Shown: piece after piece, positions 1-10,188 of the stretch
Position numbering within the stretch: position 1 is the first letter of the stretch
Layout: each line of letters begins with the position of its first letter
NCBI GenBank assembly: GCA_016124755.1
Contig: WGNA01000013.1
Coordinates: 15,806 to 79,805 of the forward strand
DNA: 64,000 nt
Direction: 5' to 3'
Origin: Bacteroidota bacterium
Lineage (GTDB): Bacteria > Bacteroidota > Bacteroidia > NS11-12g > UBA9320
Translations under genes and position numbers: made by a program
The notes under the pieces: generated by a model
The model's input: only the letters and a program-made list of their open reading frames with translations
What the model was told of the DNA's origin: nothing
The model's database searches: none

Positions 1-7
1 AGGATAA

Positions 8-1069
8 ATGAATTTAATAATCACAATTAAAGACCATTTCTGCATTGAAAATGTAACTCAACCGATCGCTAAATTTCTAAAGAAAATTATGCCACTTCCG
101 GTTCTGTTTAGTATGCTGATTGCACTCCAATCCGCTAATTCATACAGTCAGGTTCAGAGACCAAATATGGCATTGGAGATTGATTCTTCTCTTACAAAAC
201 TTAAAGCCGGTTGGCAATTCTATCATCACAACAAATTCATCTACATCGACAGCTCATTTATTCTCGTGATGAATGCTGAAGGAGAACCCATTAAAAACGC
301 ACGTATAATTCTGAGTAATGATTTGGGTTTTGGCGACACCATTTCGCAACATGGTCATGATGGCTTGTATTTTCTTAATTCCGAACTGATTCATGGAGTT
401 TATAGATTAGAAGTATCGGCAACGGGATATGAAACGCATGTTCGTCACTTTCAGACCTACCCGCAGACAAGATGCCGGATAACAGTGGCATTAGGCAAAC
501 CGGGAGATTATTACTTGCCCGATTATTTCCCGATATCAAATCCAAAGGAAGCCGTTACATTCACCATGAAAAAGCCATACAAGGATGCGGCAGAATTAGA
601 AATATACATGGCCGAATTCCGGACAGAAGTAAATAAACTAAGAAGAATGGTAAATCCAGACGATACCATTTATTTATTCAACAATTGTATGCAATGGCCT
701 GCGGATTCTTTAAAAAGAATTGAGTTCCGGGATGCGATTCAACAAAGTGAGATTCTGAAAACATACACACTTCAGGTTTTAGGAGGTTGTTCAAATGACG
801 GTGGTGCTTTTATAAATTCAATAGATTTCTGGATAGATAGTACCGTAAGTGAAAAAACGATTCGCACTGTTTTGGAACGGAATAATTTCAGCATTTATAG
901 GCTTCAAAGAGGTTATAATACCAGCACAAATCGCATGTATTGGAACATTTATACCACGTACGATTATCCGTTATCTAAAGATTTGCTGGTAGATATTCGA
1001 GAAGTGAATTTAGCTCTTCCGGTGATTATGATTGATGTGGATTCTCTGGTCGGTGCTAAAAACAACTGA
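8..1069 (+). CDS. hypothetical secreted protein
   Basis: ORF track. A signal-like segment MPLPVLFSMLIALQSANSYSQ starts at an internal Met (nt 89), so the true start may be 89. The stretch ARIILSND...GVYRLEVSATGYETHV weakly resembles a CarboxypepD_reg-type beta-sandwich. Confidence 0.5.
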   Translation: MNLIITIKDHFCIENVTQPIAKFLKKIMPLPVLFSMLIALQSANSYSQVQRPNMALEIDSSLTKLKAGWQFYHHNKFIYIDSSFILVMNAEGEPIKNARIILSNDLGFGDTISQHGHDGLYFLNSELIHGVYRLEVSATGYETHVRHFQTYPQTRCRITVALGKPGDYYLPDYFPISNPKEAVTFTMKKPYKDAAELEIYMAEFRTEVNKLRRMVNPDDTIYLFNNCMQWPADSLKRIEFRDAIQQSEILKTYTLQVLGGCSNDGGAFINSIDFWIDSTVSEKTIRTVLERNNFSIYRLQRGYNTSTNRMYWNIYTTYDYPLSKDLLVDIREVNLALPVIMIDVDSLVGAKNN

Positions 1070-1077
1070 TTCTAAAA

Positions 1078-1530
1078 ATGAAAAAAGGAAGTCGAAACTC
1101 GTTCGTACAAAGATCATTACTGCTGGGTTTAATATTTATGATTCTGGCATTTAATCAAAGGAGCAATGCACAACCGGGTTGTGGTAATATTGCGATTAAC
1201 ATACAAGATTGGAGGTCTGCCGGAGAAACAGTAAAAGTGAAAATCCGCCTTTTGCCACACAGGAAAAAACTGCGCAGTTTTAAAGTATCAGCAGCCGATA
1301 GTGTGTTTACATTCGAACATTCAGATGGTTCCATTTATTGCAGGTTAAAATCCGGACACAAAGTTTTAAAATTGGTTATAGATTCTTTGAGTTGCATTGA
1401 ACAATATCATTTTAACATGAGCGATTCACATGCGAGAACTGTGATTCTCATTCCCAAAGAAACCCACTATGAAAGTGGTATATCTCATCCCAAAAGCATT
1501 TTGTTGGTTGAGAGAAAGGAAAACTTATAA
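1078..1530 (+). CDS. hypothetical secreted protein
   Basis: ORF track. N-terminal hydrophobic signal LLLGLIFMILAFNQRSNAQ. Lies 8 nt after the previous stop. No family recognised. Confidence 0.5.
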   Translation: MKKGSRNSFVQRSLLLGLIFMILAFNQRSNAQPGCGNIAINIQDWRSAGETVKVKIRLLPHRKKLRSFKVSAADSVFTFEHSDGSIYCRLKSGHKVLKLVIDSLSCIEQYHFNMSDSHARTVILIPKETHYESGISHPKSILLVERKENL

Positions 1531-1758
1531 TCATATTAGAGACAATTCACAAGTTGGGTGATTTTTGTTGACCAATTGAGAACCTGAAGAATTTAAATAT
1601 TTCAATGTCCAAAGAGAGGCAGGCATTAACAACACATGATCTACATTCCCTAAAAATCTGAATTATATATTCTTCAAAACGACTTGTTGCGACCAGAATT
1701 TACAAAAACAGGAACACACACACTCACACTTTCCTAAATTCGGAAACTTTCGTTATTT

Positions 1759-2238
1759 TTGGATAATGAATGTCGTCGAGCTTTCAACAGGAATAGTAAA
1801 GTAAAATCAGTAAATATTTCTCCAGTTGTAAGATCAGACATCAAATCACTAACCAAAAGACGATATTTTTTTGACTGGAAAAAGGAATTTAGCACAGAAC
1901 TTTACAAACTCACTTTAAAAGAACAGAATGACATTTTGGGAATAATCTCCTTAGAAAGGATTCCTACAGAGTGGCGGGTTCATATCAGACTTTTAACTGT
2001 ATCCTCTGAAAATAAAGGATCTGGAAAAATATATGAAGGAATAGCAGGTAACTTACTGGCACATGCGGCCAAAATTGCAGTTAACGAATACGGAGAAATG
2101 GCATGCATATCACTTAGACCAAAGAGCTCCATTGTTCTACACTACATTTCAAAATACAACATGAACATTACCGGGACGACACTAAGTTTAGAAGTTCCCG
2201 AAATATTGGATCTAATAAACAAATATGAAAAAGACTAA
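1759..2238 (+). CDS. small GNAT-like acetyltransferase-fold protein (putative)
   Basis: 159-aa ORF with a TTG start and no in-frame ATG nearby. The segment NKGSGKIYEGIAGNLLAHAAKIAV resembles GNAT motif A (R/QxxGxG/A). Its 3' end overlaps the next ORF by 14 nt. Confidence 0.4.
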   Translation: MDNECRRAFNRNSKVKSVNISPVVRSDIKSLTKRRYFFDWKKEFSTELYKLTLKEQNDILGIISLERIPTEWRVHIRLLTVSSENKGSGKIYEGIAGNLLAHAAKIAVNEYGEMACISLRPKSSIVLHYISKYNMNITGTTLSLEVPEILDLINKYEKD

Positions 2239-2761
2239 GAAGATAAACAGTGAAAAAGAAGCATTTGAGTTTGGTGTGGACTCAAGATATAAAACTAATG
2301 CGGAAGCAGATACAGAGGCTTTATCACTCATGAAAGCACGTCTGGAAAGAATGAAATATGTAACCAAAGATCAAGTTGTAAAGGCAAAACTCATTCAACT
2401 GAGACTTAAAATGGAGGATTATCTAAAACAACCTGTTTATGATAATCAAAATCATTTTGCCCGTTTCCTTGAGTCATACATAGACGCCATTTATTCTAGA
2501 AGAATTGATTTTGCTAAAGATATTAATGTTAGTCCGGTTTATTTAAGTCAGATTATCAATAACCATCGGGATCCCAAAGAAGAATTTATCCTGAAACTTA
2601 TGATTCATTCCGAAAAAGCTTTTAAACATATTGTTGTGTTTCATGAGAACATATGGTTTCAGGTATATTTTCATGAAAAGATCTGTGACACTATGAATAG
2701 ACAAGACGTATGGAGGCCCAAAATTGAAAAAGAGGTTAAACTCACAGAACCAATTGGGTGA
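2225..2761 (+). CDS. XRE/HigA-like helix-turn-helix protein
   Basis: 178 aa. The central segment FAKDINVSPVYLSQIINNHRDP is a typical XRE-family HTH. It overlaps the upstream GNAT-like ORF. Confidence 0.55.
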   Translation: MKKTKKINSEKEAFEFGVDSRYKTNAEADTEALSLMKARLERMKYVTKDQVVKAKLIQLRLKMEDYLKQPVYDNQNHFARFLESYIDAIYSRRIDFAKDINVSPVYLSQIINNHRDPKEEFILKLMIHSEKAFKHIVVFHENIWFQVYFHEKICDTMNRQDVWRPKIEKEVKLTEPIG

Positions 2762-2880
2762 AATATCATTGCATTAATTCTACTGCATTTTATACTACAT
2801 TCTAAATTCTCAAACCTCATTAAATCCGTTGTTCCAAAAGATTGCGTATAAACTCAATTAAATTCAACCATATCCCTACA

Positions 2881-3675
2881 ATGACAACCCCAACCGAAAT
2901 ACCTGATTTCCATAATGACTTTTCTGAAGTTAACGGACTCAAAATGTATTACGAAATGTATGGAATTGGGAAGCCTTTGGTGCTGATTCATGGTGGCGGA
3001 TCCACAATTCAATCCACCTTCGAAAAAGTAATTCCGTTGTTCGCTAAAAACAGAAAAGTGATCGCCGTTGAATTGCAGGCACACGGACGAACAAACGACC
3101 GCAATGCAGACTTATCTTTCGAACAGGATGCAGATGACGTCGCCACACTTCTCAAAAATCTGAATATCGACAAAGCCGACTTTTTAGGATTTAGTAACGG
3201 CGGAACCACTACCTTACAAATTGCCATTCGTCACCCCGAAATAACAGATAAAATTGTGTTGGGTTCTGCGCTTTCCAAACGAAGCGGCGTCCCCGACTGG
3301 TTTTGGGATTTCATGGAAAATGCGCATTTAGACAACATGCCCAAACCATTAAAAACAGCCTACATGGCAGTCGCTACAGACCCCAACGGTTTACAAATAA
3401 TGCACGATCGCGATGCGAAACGAATGGTAAATTTCAAAGACATACCGGATAATATCATCAAGACGATTAATGCTCCGGCGTTAATAATTATTGGTGATAA
3501 AGATGTTATTACCATTGAACATGCAGTTGAAATGCACCGTTTAATTGCGAACTCCGAACTGGCGGTAATTCCGGGTGGCCATGGAGAATATATCGGCGAA
3601 ATAACCACTTTAAAACCGGAAACTAAGGAAAGTGAATTCGTAGTACCAATGATTGAAAAATTCCTGAATAAATGA
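2881..3675 (+). CDS. alpha/beta hydrolase
   Basis: HGGG oxyanion-type motif (LVLIHGGGS), nucleophile elbow GFSNGG, and a C-terminal GGHGEY histidine region. ATG at 2881 is preferred over the TTG at 2842 in the ORF track. Confidence 0.8.
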   Translation: MTTPTEIPDFHNDFSEVNGLKMYYEMYGIGKPLVLIHGGGSTIQSTFEKVIPLFAKNRKVIAVELQAHGRTNDRNADLSFEQDADDVATLLKNLNIDKADFLGFSNGGTTTLQIAIRHPEITDKIVLGSALSKRSGVPDWFWDFMENAHLDNMPKPLKTAYMAVATDPNGLQIMHDRDAKRMVNFKDIPDNIIKTINAPALIIIGDKDVITIEHAVEMHRLIANSELAVIPGGHGEYIGEITTLKPETKESEFVVPMIEKFLNK

Positions 3676-4169
3676 TTCTGGCGATTGATGTTCACTACCG
3701 GAATCTGGCGAAAACAGTTGCGATCAGCTTTAAGGATTGGGAATCAGAAGAAATTTTAGACATTAAAGAATCCCTCACGGCTTATGACTCAGAATACATA
3801 CCGGGAGAATTTTACAAAAGAGAATTGCCGTGTATCGAGGAAATTCTCACTCATTTTAATCTTCGCGATGTTGAATTAATCATTATTGATGGCTACGTCA
3901 CTTTAAATGATGAAGGAAAGCCGGGTTTGGGAGGCCATTTATTCCAGAAACTCAATTCCAAAATACCGGTAATTGGTGTTGCCAAGAAAAATTACAATGA
4001 AGCCGGCACCAACCAGATTAGTATTACAAGAGGTAACAGCAGGGCCCCTTTATTCATAACATCCCTGGGAATTAACCTGAATGAGGCTGCCTTATTAATT
4101 AAAAACATGAAAGGAGATTACAGAATTCCGGATCTTCTTAAATTGGCAGATCAAAAGAGTAAAGAATAA
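3672..4169 (+). CDS. nfi: endonuclease V-like protein (short form)
   Basis: Collinear with E. coli Nfi landmarks: AIDVHY (catalytic Asp), YIPGEF, IIDGY, GLGGHLF, PVIGVAKK, PLFITSLG, MKGDYRIPD. ATGA overlap with the hydrolase stop. Confidence 0.7.
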   Translation: MILAIDVHYRNLAKTVAISFKDWESEEILDIKESLTAYDSEYIPGEFYKRELPCIEEILTHFNLRDVELIIIDGYVTLNDEGKPGLGGHLFQKLNSKIPVIGVAKKNYNEAGTNQISITRGNSRAPLFITSLGINLNEAALLIKNMKGDYRIPDLLKLADQKSKE

Positions 4170-4170
4170 T

Positions 4171-4863
4171 ATGGCGAAAAATCCGAATGTTTCGTTGCAG
4201 GAAACGGCCAATTTTTATGCTGCTAAAACAGGCATCGAAATCCCGCAAACCATTTTAGATTTTTACGCTGATGGCGTTAATCAGGATGCAGAAGACGGAT
4301 TCATTCAGGCCTTCAAGGTAGAATATGAAAATGCCAAACAGGGCTATTTACCGGAAATGTCGATTTTAATCTCGGAAAGTTTTGCATCGGAAATCCTGAA
4401 ATTATATTTTGCCGTTCCGGAAAAGGAAAGAATCGAAACTACTTTAGCCCACATAAAAAACCACCCGTTCAATGAAATGGGTAATAAATTTTATTCTAAA
4501 AACAACCAATTATATCATTCGCACAACAATCAGCTTGTGGATGAAGATAACGACGTTTTTCTTCTGGATGAGATTTTTTACGCGGTGAAAGATTACGATG
4601 TAAAAGAGAACCAGTTTAATTTTTCACTTGTTCAGAAAGCTTATGAAAATTGCGGCTGTGATGATCAAAACATTAAGGTGATTCTGCTTTTATGGGCGCA
4701 TTGTGGCGGAGAAGGCGGGCTAATTGTAAAAGGCAAAAACACTGGATACGAAACCGGATACGCATATTTAGATGATGTTAAAATTCTGTATCAGAATAAA
4801 GTTTTTAGATATCCCGGCTTTTTGAAAGAGGAATTTGAAAAACCTATGATTAATCCGTATTAA
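4171..4863 (+). CDS. hypothetical protein
   Basis: 230-aa ORF starting 1 nt after the endoV stop. No signal peptide. A faint SMI1/KNR4-like N-terminus (IEIPQTILDFYADG) is not enough for a call. Confidence 0.45.
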   Translation: MAKNPNVSLQETANFYAAKTGIEIPQTILDFYADGVNQDAEDGFIQAFKVEYENAKQGYLPEMSILISESFASEILKLYFAVPEKERIETTLAHIKNHPFNEMGNKFYSKNNQLYHSHNNQLVDEDNDVFLLDEIFYAVKDYDVKENQFNFSLVQKAYENCGCDDQNIKVILLLWAHCGGEGGLIVKGKNTGYETGYAYLDDVKILYQNKVFRYPGFLKEEFEKPMINPY

Positions 4864-4883
4864 GGCTAATAATAGGTTACATT

Positions 4884-6779
4884 TTATCCCACAAAATACA
4901 TCTCCACCTTCCCCTTATTTCTCGCCTCAATCATGCCGCGTGGTTCGCAGTTAAAATGATCTTTAACCAAATTATAGGTGGTTTCCGAAATATTGATTTT
5001 CCCCGGTTCTGAATTCTGTTCCATACGCGCTGCCGTATTTACCGTATCACCCCAGATGTCGTATGCAAATTTCTTCACACCCACAATTCCCGCCACCACC
5101 GGACCGCTATTTATACCGATCCGAATTCGGAATACACCTCCCTTTTGGTTGTACTCTTCAATAAAATCCCGGATTTCAATCGCCGCCCGAACGATGGAAA
5201 CCGCGTGTTCCGGATTTTCTCTGGGCAATCCTGCAACCGCCAAATAAGCATCTCCAATAGTTTTAATTTTTTCAATTCCGTATTTGCCAATTATTTCGTC
5301 GAAAGCCTTAAAACAAAGATCCAGTTCGTGCACCAGTTCAGAAGGTGAAAGCCTCTCTCCCACTCCAGTGAAATTCACAAAATCGGTAAAGAGAACAGTT
5401 ACATTGGAATAATGCCGCGCTTCGGACGCACCGGCTTCTTTGAGTTCCATAGCCACTTCCCGGGGTAAAATATTTAACAGAAGCGACTCGGATTTATCCA
5501 TTTCCAATTGCAATTGCTTAGTTCGTTCATTTACCCGTTGTTCTAAAACAATATTCTGATCCCGGATTAATTGTTCATTTTTCTGGGATTCTGCCAACGC
5601 CGCTTTTTGGGCAATGTGTTTTTCCTTTCGGAAGGTATTAATCCGATCTGCCAGGGCCAACGATAGCATCACACCTTCGAATACACTTCCCAACTGAAAA
5701 CTGTTTAACGTAAAAAACCGGATCGGCAAAGCACCGTTAATTGTTAAAACATAAATTACGGCTCCAATCACCAATCCGCCCCACGACAAAACATAAAACT
5801 TTGCTTCCTTTCGTCCCCGGAATAAAAAATACAATCCGGTAATGAGCAGATAAAGCGATGTGAGTCCGCTTGCTAATTGTACTACTTCATTGGCCGCCAT
5901 TCTTTTTCCCGACAACTCAAGAATAACACCCACGCATAGAAGCCCGGCCAGCGTTAAATTGATGATATGAAGCAAAGGTGCCTGTTCACGCATTCTCAGA
6001 AAAGAAGACGAAAACCAGATACCTGCGGCAACCGTGAACGAAACGATAATATTCGGCAAATGCGGATTGTTCCATTCCACATGTGCCGGCCAAAATAGAT
6101 CGAAATGAAGTCCTTCCAAAACAAACATCATTGCCGCCGACATGAAAAGATACAAGCAATACAACACGTACAATTTTTCCCGAACCGAAAGAAAAAGAAA
6201 CAAATTATATAGCAGCAAAATGAGCATCACTCCGACCACGGCTCCATTAAAAAGATCATCGAAATGGATGTACGTGCTGAGTGTTCGGATGGTCCCGACA
6301 TACAACGGGAAATACATGCTTGAACCTGATTTCAACCGGAGATAAATGGTTGCATTTTCCTTTCCGATTGGCAGAATAATTTTATTGCTGTGAAGATAGC
6401 GACGGTTAAACGGGAATTGCATACCGGCCTGAATGGAATCGATGTGGTGATTCCGAACGATAAAACATTCGATAAGATCGAGTTCCGGATTTCCGGGTTC
6501 AACAAAAAGGTCTTCACCGGATTGGTTATCGACATCGAATCTCAGCCAGATGTTGTCGGACGTGTTACCAAAGTTGAGTCCGCGATCTGCATTGGGTGTC
6601 ATGGCGACTTCTCCGTTCACCAACCGACTCAGCGCAACATCATTTGCATCCCGGTAGATCTCCACACCTATTCCTGGCGCAGCAATTTCATGGGCATTGA
6701 CGTGAATTGTATGAGCTTGTAATCCGGGCACCAGACCACAGAAGACAAACCCCAGCATTATCAAAAGTCTCACGACCAA
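4884..6779 (-). CDS. 7TMR-DISM sensor class III adenylate/guanylate cyclase
   Basis: Signal peptide, extracellular domain, seven hydrophobic helices, a coiled coil, then a cyclase core: VTVLFTDFVNFTG, KTIGDAYLAVAGLP, RIGINSGPVVAGIVG, YDIWGDTVNTAARME. Confidence 0.9.
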   Translation of the reverse strand: MVVRLLIMLGFVFCGLVPGLQAHTIHVNAHEIAAPGIGVEIYRDANDVALSRLVNGEVAMTPNADRGLNFGNTSDNIWLRFDVDNQSGEDLFVEPGNPELDLIECFIVRNHHIDSIQAGMQFPFNRRYLHSNKIILPIGKENATIYLRLKSGSSMYFPLYVGTIRTLSTYIHFDDLFNGAVVGVMLILLLYNLFLFLSVREKLYVLYCLYLFMSAAMMFVLEGLHFDLFWPAHVEWNNPHLPNIIVSFTVAAGIWFSSSFLRMREQAPLLHIINLTLAGLLCVGVILELSGKRMAANEVVQLASGLTSLYLLITGLYFLFRGRKEAKFYVLSWGGLVIGAVIYVLTINGALPIRFFTLNSFQLGSVFEGVMLSLALADRINTFRKEKHIAQKAALAESQKNEQLIRDQNIVLEQRVNERTKQLQLEMDKSESLLLNILPREVAMELKEAGASEARHYSNVTVLFTDFVNFTGVGERLSPSELVHELDLCFKAFDEIIGKYGIEKIKTIGDAYLAVAGLPRENPEHAVSIVRAAIEIRDFIEEYNQKGGVFRIRIGINSGPVVAGIVGVKKFAYDIWGDTVNTAARMEQNSEPGKINISETTYNLVKDHFNCEPRGMIEARNKGKVEMYFVG

Positions 6780-7124
6780 AAATAGAGATTGTCGGGGGTA
6801 TGGTGGCAGATTTTGAAAAAAACCTCGCGATTATTGAAAGCCTAGTAAAGGATATGATGATTAAATATCCAGTAATCTAAAGGCAGGATTTGACGCTGAA
6901 TTACTGATTACCGATTGAACTACCAGTGTTGCATTTCCGAAATATTAATCTTAAACGAACTGGCAGCCTCAGCCTTGCATATGATTTATGTTTATCGTGA
7001 ACTATTTATTTAAAGTAGTTGCACCACCAATCAGCCACTAAACAAAGAACTGTAACAACAAAAAATGTCAATTTTCAGGTAACAATGGTTATGTGTACTT
7101 TTATCCCACCTTTCATCACTTGAA

Positions 7125-8663
7125 TTGAAAAACCTCACAATTAAGTTAAAGGAAGTTTATCTGCCATACCTACTTGTATCGGTCGGTTCAATTCTTTTTT
7201 ACTATCTGTTCCGTTGGCTATTCGACATTAAACTGGGAGTTCTGCCATTAAAAGATGAACTGCTCAATCTATTTATTCCGATGGCTGTTCCCTGGATACC
7301 CGTTTTAATCTGGTTGCGAAAAAGGATTAATATTCTCCGTATTTCAGATAAGCATTTCGGTTACCTGTTTATAATGGCATGGTCGATAGCCATTCCGATT
7401 ATAGTGAGTCAGAGTTATCTGGAAAAGGCTTCATTTGATTTGATCACTGTGAACAAGGTTTCTGAAATCAATAATCATCCGGATGAAAAATACTTTGTTA
7501 TTAATTCATTCCGCATTAATTCGACAAATGTTCCGGCGTACACCACTAACCGCACAACCGGAAGAAACAACGACAAGCTCAACTTTTATTTATATCTGGC
7601 TTGTCCGTTCGAGAATTCGAAAAACGTGTGGTACGGGATTAAATATCGCGATTACATCAGCAATAGGCAAAGTGATAAAAGAAAGAATTCCGAATTCCAG
7701 GACTTTATGGCAGATGCAGAAAAAGAATTTAAAAAATATGATTTCCAAAAAGTAACATACTTTGAAAGACTCCATCATAATGATGACAGGGATGGTTACA
7801 TTGAAGCTATTCGAAAACAAAATCCGAACGTAATAAAATCAGAACAAACAATTTTGATTCCTCAAACCACAATATTTTCCAAAAGAATGGGCAATACATT
7901 TATGTGGATTCTCGGCACGTTTGGAATAGGTCAATTTGTTTTACTTCTCATGATCACTATTCCAAAAATTGATGAAAGTATATTAAGCGATTTCAAAAAT
8001 AAAAAGCCCCATAAAGACGAAGAATTACGTTTTTTTCTGCAGTCAATCGACATAAGAGGGCACAATCAAGTAATAGCTGTTCTTTTATTATTAAATACGG
8101 CAGTTTTCCTCGCCATGACCATTTCTGGTATTAATATTATTTCGCCAACACCTCAGGAACTTTTGGAAATCGGCGGAATCAGAAGGCAAGAAGTTATGAA
8201 TGGAGAATACTGGAGGCTTATCACTTCATTTTTTATTCATGCAGGATTAATGCACTTATTGATGAATATGGCAGGCTTGTGGATGAGCGGATTGTTTTTG
8301 AAAAATATACTCAATCGGGGCAAATTACTTTTGAGTTACTTCTTCAGCGGTATTCTTTCCGGTATTACCAGTATTTATTGGCATGAAAACATGGTTGCTG
8401 TTGGGGCTTCGGGAGCTATATTCGGTCTTTTCGGATTAATGCTGGCCTTTTCGGTTTTTAAAGTTTATCCAAAAGAAACGAGAAGATTCGCCCTGGCCAT
8501 TTTGGGATTTCTGGGTGGAGGTAGTTTGCTGTACGGATTATTTGGTGGGATTGACAATGCCGCCCACATCGGAGGTTTGTTCAGCGGTTTTGTTCTTGGT
8601 GTAGTTTTCATTCTTATGGATAAAAAGGGGGTGAAGGAGAGAACTCAAACTACCGTTTTATGA
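7125..8663 (+). CDS. rhomboid family intramembrane serine protease with ~300-aa N-terminal extension
   Basis: The C-terminal third has rhomboid hallmarks: WRLITSFFIHAGLMHLLMNM, GASGAIFGL (catalytic Ser), AAHIGGLFSG (catalytic His). TTG start as in the ORF track. Confidence 0.85.
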   Translation: MKNLTIKLKEVYLPYLLVSVGSILFYYLFRWLFDIKLGVLPLKDELLNLFIPMAVPWIPVLIWLRKRINILRISDKHFGYLFIMAWSIAIPIIVSQSYLEKASFDLITVNKVSEINNHPDEKYFVINSFRINSTNVPAYTTNRTTGRNNDKLNFYLYLACPFENSKNVWYGIKYRDYISNRQSDKRKNSEFQDFMADAEKEFKKYDFQKVTYFERLHHNDDRDGYIEAIRKQNPNVIKSEQTILIPQTTIFSKRMGNTFMWILGTFGIGQFVLLLMITIPKIDESILSDFKNKKPHKDEELRFFLQSIDIRGHNQVIAVLLLLNTAVFLAMTISGINIISPTPQELLEIGGIRRQEVMNGEYWRLITSFFIHAGLMHLLMNMAGLWMSGLFLKNILNRGKLLLSYFFSGILSGITSIYWHENMVAVGASGAIFGLFGLMLAFSVFKVYPKETRRFALAILGFLGGGSLLYGLFGGIDNAAHIGGLFSGFVLGVVFILMDKKGVKERTQTTVL

Positions 8664-8801
8664 GATTTTTTCCAAACAGAATGGCTCTTTGCAATTCAAC
8701 ATTTTCAAAATATGTTTCTACAAAAAACCAATCAACACTTCCGGAAATCGCCACAGCTAAAATCCAATCGTTTTTGCAGTACCTTTCCACCAAAAAACAA
8801 C

Positions 8802-9224
8802 ATGGCACAAATTAACCCGCATATAAACTTCAATGGAAATGCCGAGGAAGCTTTTGCATTTTACCGATCTGTTTTTGGTGGAGACTTCGTAAACATAATC
8901 CGGTTTAAAGAAATTTCGAGCGCAGAATTTCCCGTGCCCGAACACGAAGCCAATAAATTGATGAACATTGCCCTGCCTATTGGAAACAGCTATTTAATTG
9001 CCAACGATGTTCCGGAAAGCATGGGCAGAACGAATGAAAAAGAAAACCGGAGTAAAATTTCGATTCGTGCTGACAGCAAAGTAGAAGCACTGAAATTATA
9101 CAACGGACTTTCAGCGGGCGGACAAACAGAAATACCATTTCAGGAAGATCCCTCAGGTTCAGTTTACGCCATGTTCCGAGACAAATACGGCATTGAGTGG
9201 ATTGTGAATTTTAATCCGGAATAA
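8802..9224 (+). CDS. VOC family protein (PhnB-like)
   Basis: MAQINPHINFNGNAEEAFAFYRSVFGG ... YGIEWIVNF fits the PhnB/3-demethylubiquinone-methyltransferase-like VOC fold. ATG at 8802 is preferred over the upstream start at 8712. Confidence 0.85.
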   Translation: MAQINPHINFNGNAEEAFAFYRSVFGGDFVNIIRFKEISSAEFPVPEHEANKLMNIALPIGNSYLIANDVPESMGRTNEKENRSKISIRADSKVEALKLYNGLSAGGQTEIPFQEDPSGSVYAMFRDKYGIEWIVNFNPE

Positions 9225-9230
9225 TTTTTC

Positions 9231-10118
9231 ATGAGGTCTTTTGTTATATATTCTATCATTATTCTACTTTGCAGTAATTGTTCTTGTGATGAAAAGAAAT
9301 CCGATCTTAAAATAAATATAATTTCTCTGGATTGGGAACATGACTCTATTTCACTGGAAAGGGAGTACCATTCCTTTATCAAACAGATCAAGCATGAGTA
9401 TAAGGATTATCCGAGATATTTAGTTGTTTACGATTCTTTGCAAAAGCATATTTTCCATTCTTGGCGCGAAATATTCAGAAATAATGAATGGACAGCATAC
9501 TCACAATGTTTTGGGGAATTTGGCGGATCTGTGGTATTCCAAGAAAACAATCAGAAGGACAACATTTATTTTTATCCATGTATTTGCGCATTATCCGTTG
9601 AATACTATGATAGCACTTTTTACATCATGGAATCAAGTGCTCATTTACATGGTTCCTCAAAAATTTCACGTCTGCCTAATCCAAAAAATCTTAAGAAATA
9701 CAGCTTAAACGATTTCATTGAGAACACAAATAATAAGTCACCAAATTTCCAAGATTGGAATTCGATAGGTGATGTAGTTGATAAGAGAATTCATATTATT
9801 CAATGGAAAAAAGAGGTGATGACTTTTGCTTTTCGACAAAAAGATATAAGCTACTTCCTTTTGACGGATTCTAAATCAACATACCTTAAAAAATTAGATC
9901 ACGACACTTTAATCACCTTAGACACATTGATAAATTACCCAACGTACGACTGGAATGACTTCAATATTGTTCAATTTGGCAGCAAGAGATTGATAAAATT
10001 TGAAAGTAGAAAAGATCGGGATTCATACGATTTTTATGATAAAATTGAAGGAATTATTTCCTATGCAAACGACACCCTTACCATTAAATACATGGTAAAA
10101 GAAAAACAGAAATGGTAA
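9231..10118 (+). CDS. hypothetical lipoprotein/secreted protein
   Basis: ORF track. N-terminus SFVIYSIIILLCSNCSC is lipobox-like. No family recognised. Confidence 0.45.
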   Translation: MRSFVIYSIIILLCSNCSCDEKKSDLKINIISLDWEHDSISLEREYHSFIKQIKHEYKDYPRYLVVYDSLQKHIFHSWREIFRNNEWTAYSQCFGEFGGSVVFQENNQKDNIYFYPCICALSVEYYDSTFYIMESSAHLHGSSKISRLPNPKNLKKYSLNDFIENTNNKSPNFQDWNSIGDVVDKRIHIIQWKKEVMTFAFRQKDISYFLLTDSKSTYLKKLDHDTLITLDTLINYPTYDWNDFNIVQFGSKRLIKFESRKDRDSYDFYDKIEGIISYANDTLTIKYMVKEKQKW

Positions 10119-10188
10119 GAGTAAAAAATTGTATTAATGGTAGGAGAATTTACCTCGATGTTATAAGCCCTAACGCAATCCATTCACG

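Noticed and set aside
2854-3695. Minus-strand ORFs of 72-111 aa overlapping the alpha/beta hydrolase gene
   Set aside because: They are antisense to a gene with clear catalytic motifs, have no motifs of their own, and are shadow ORFs.
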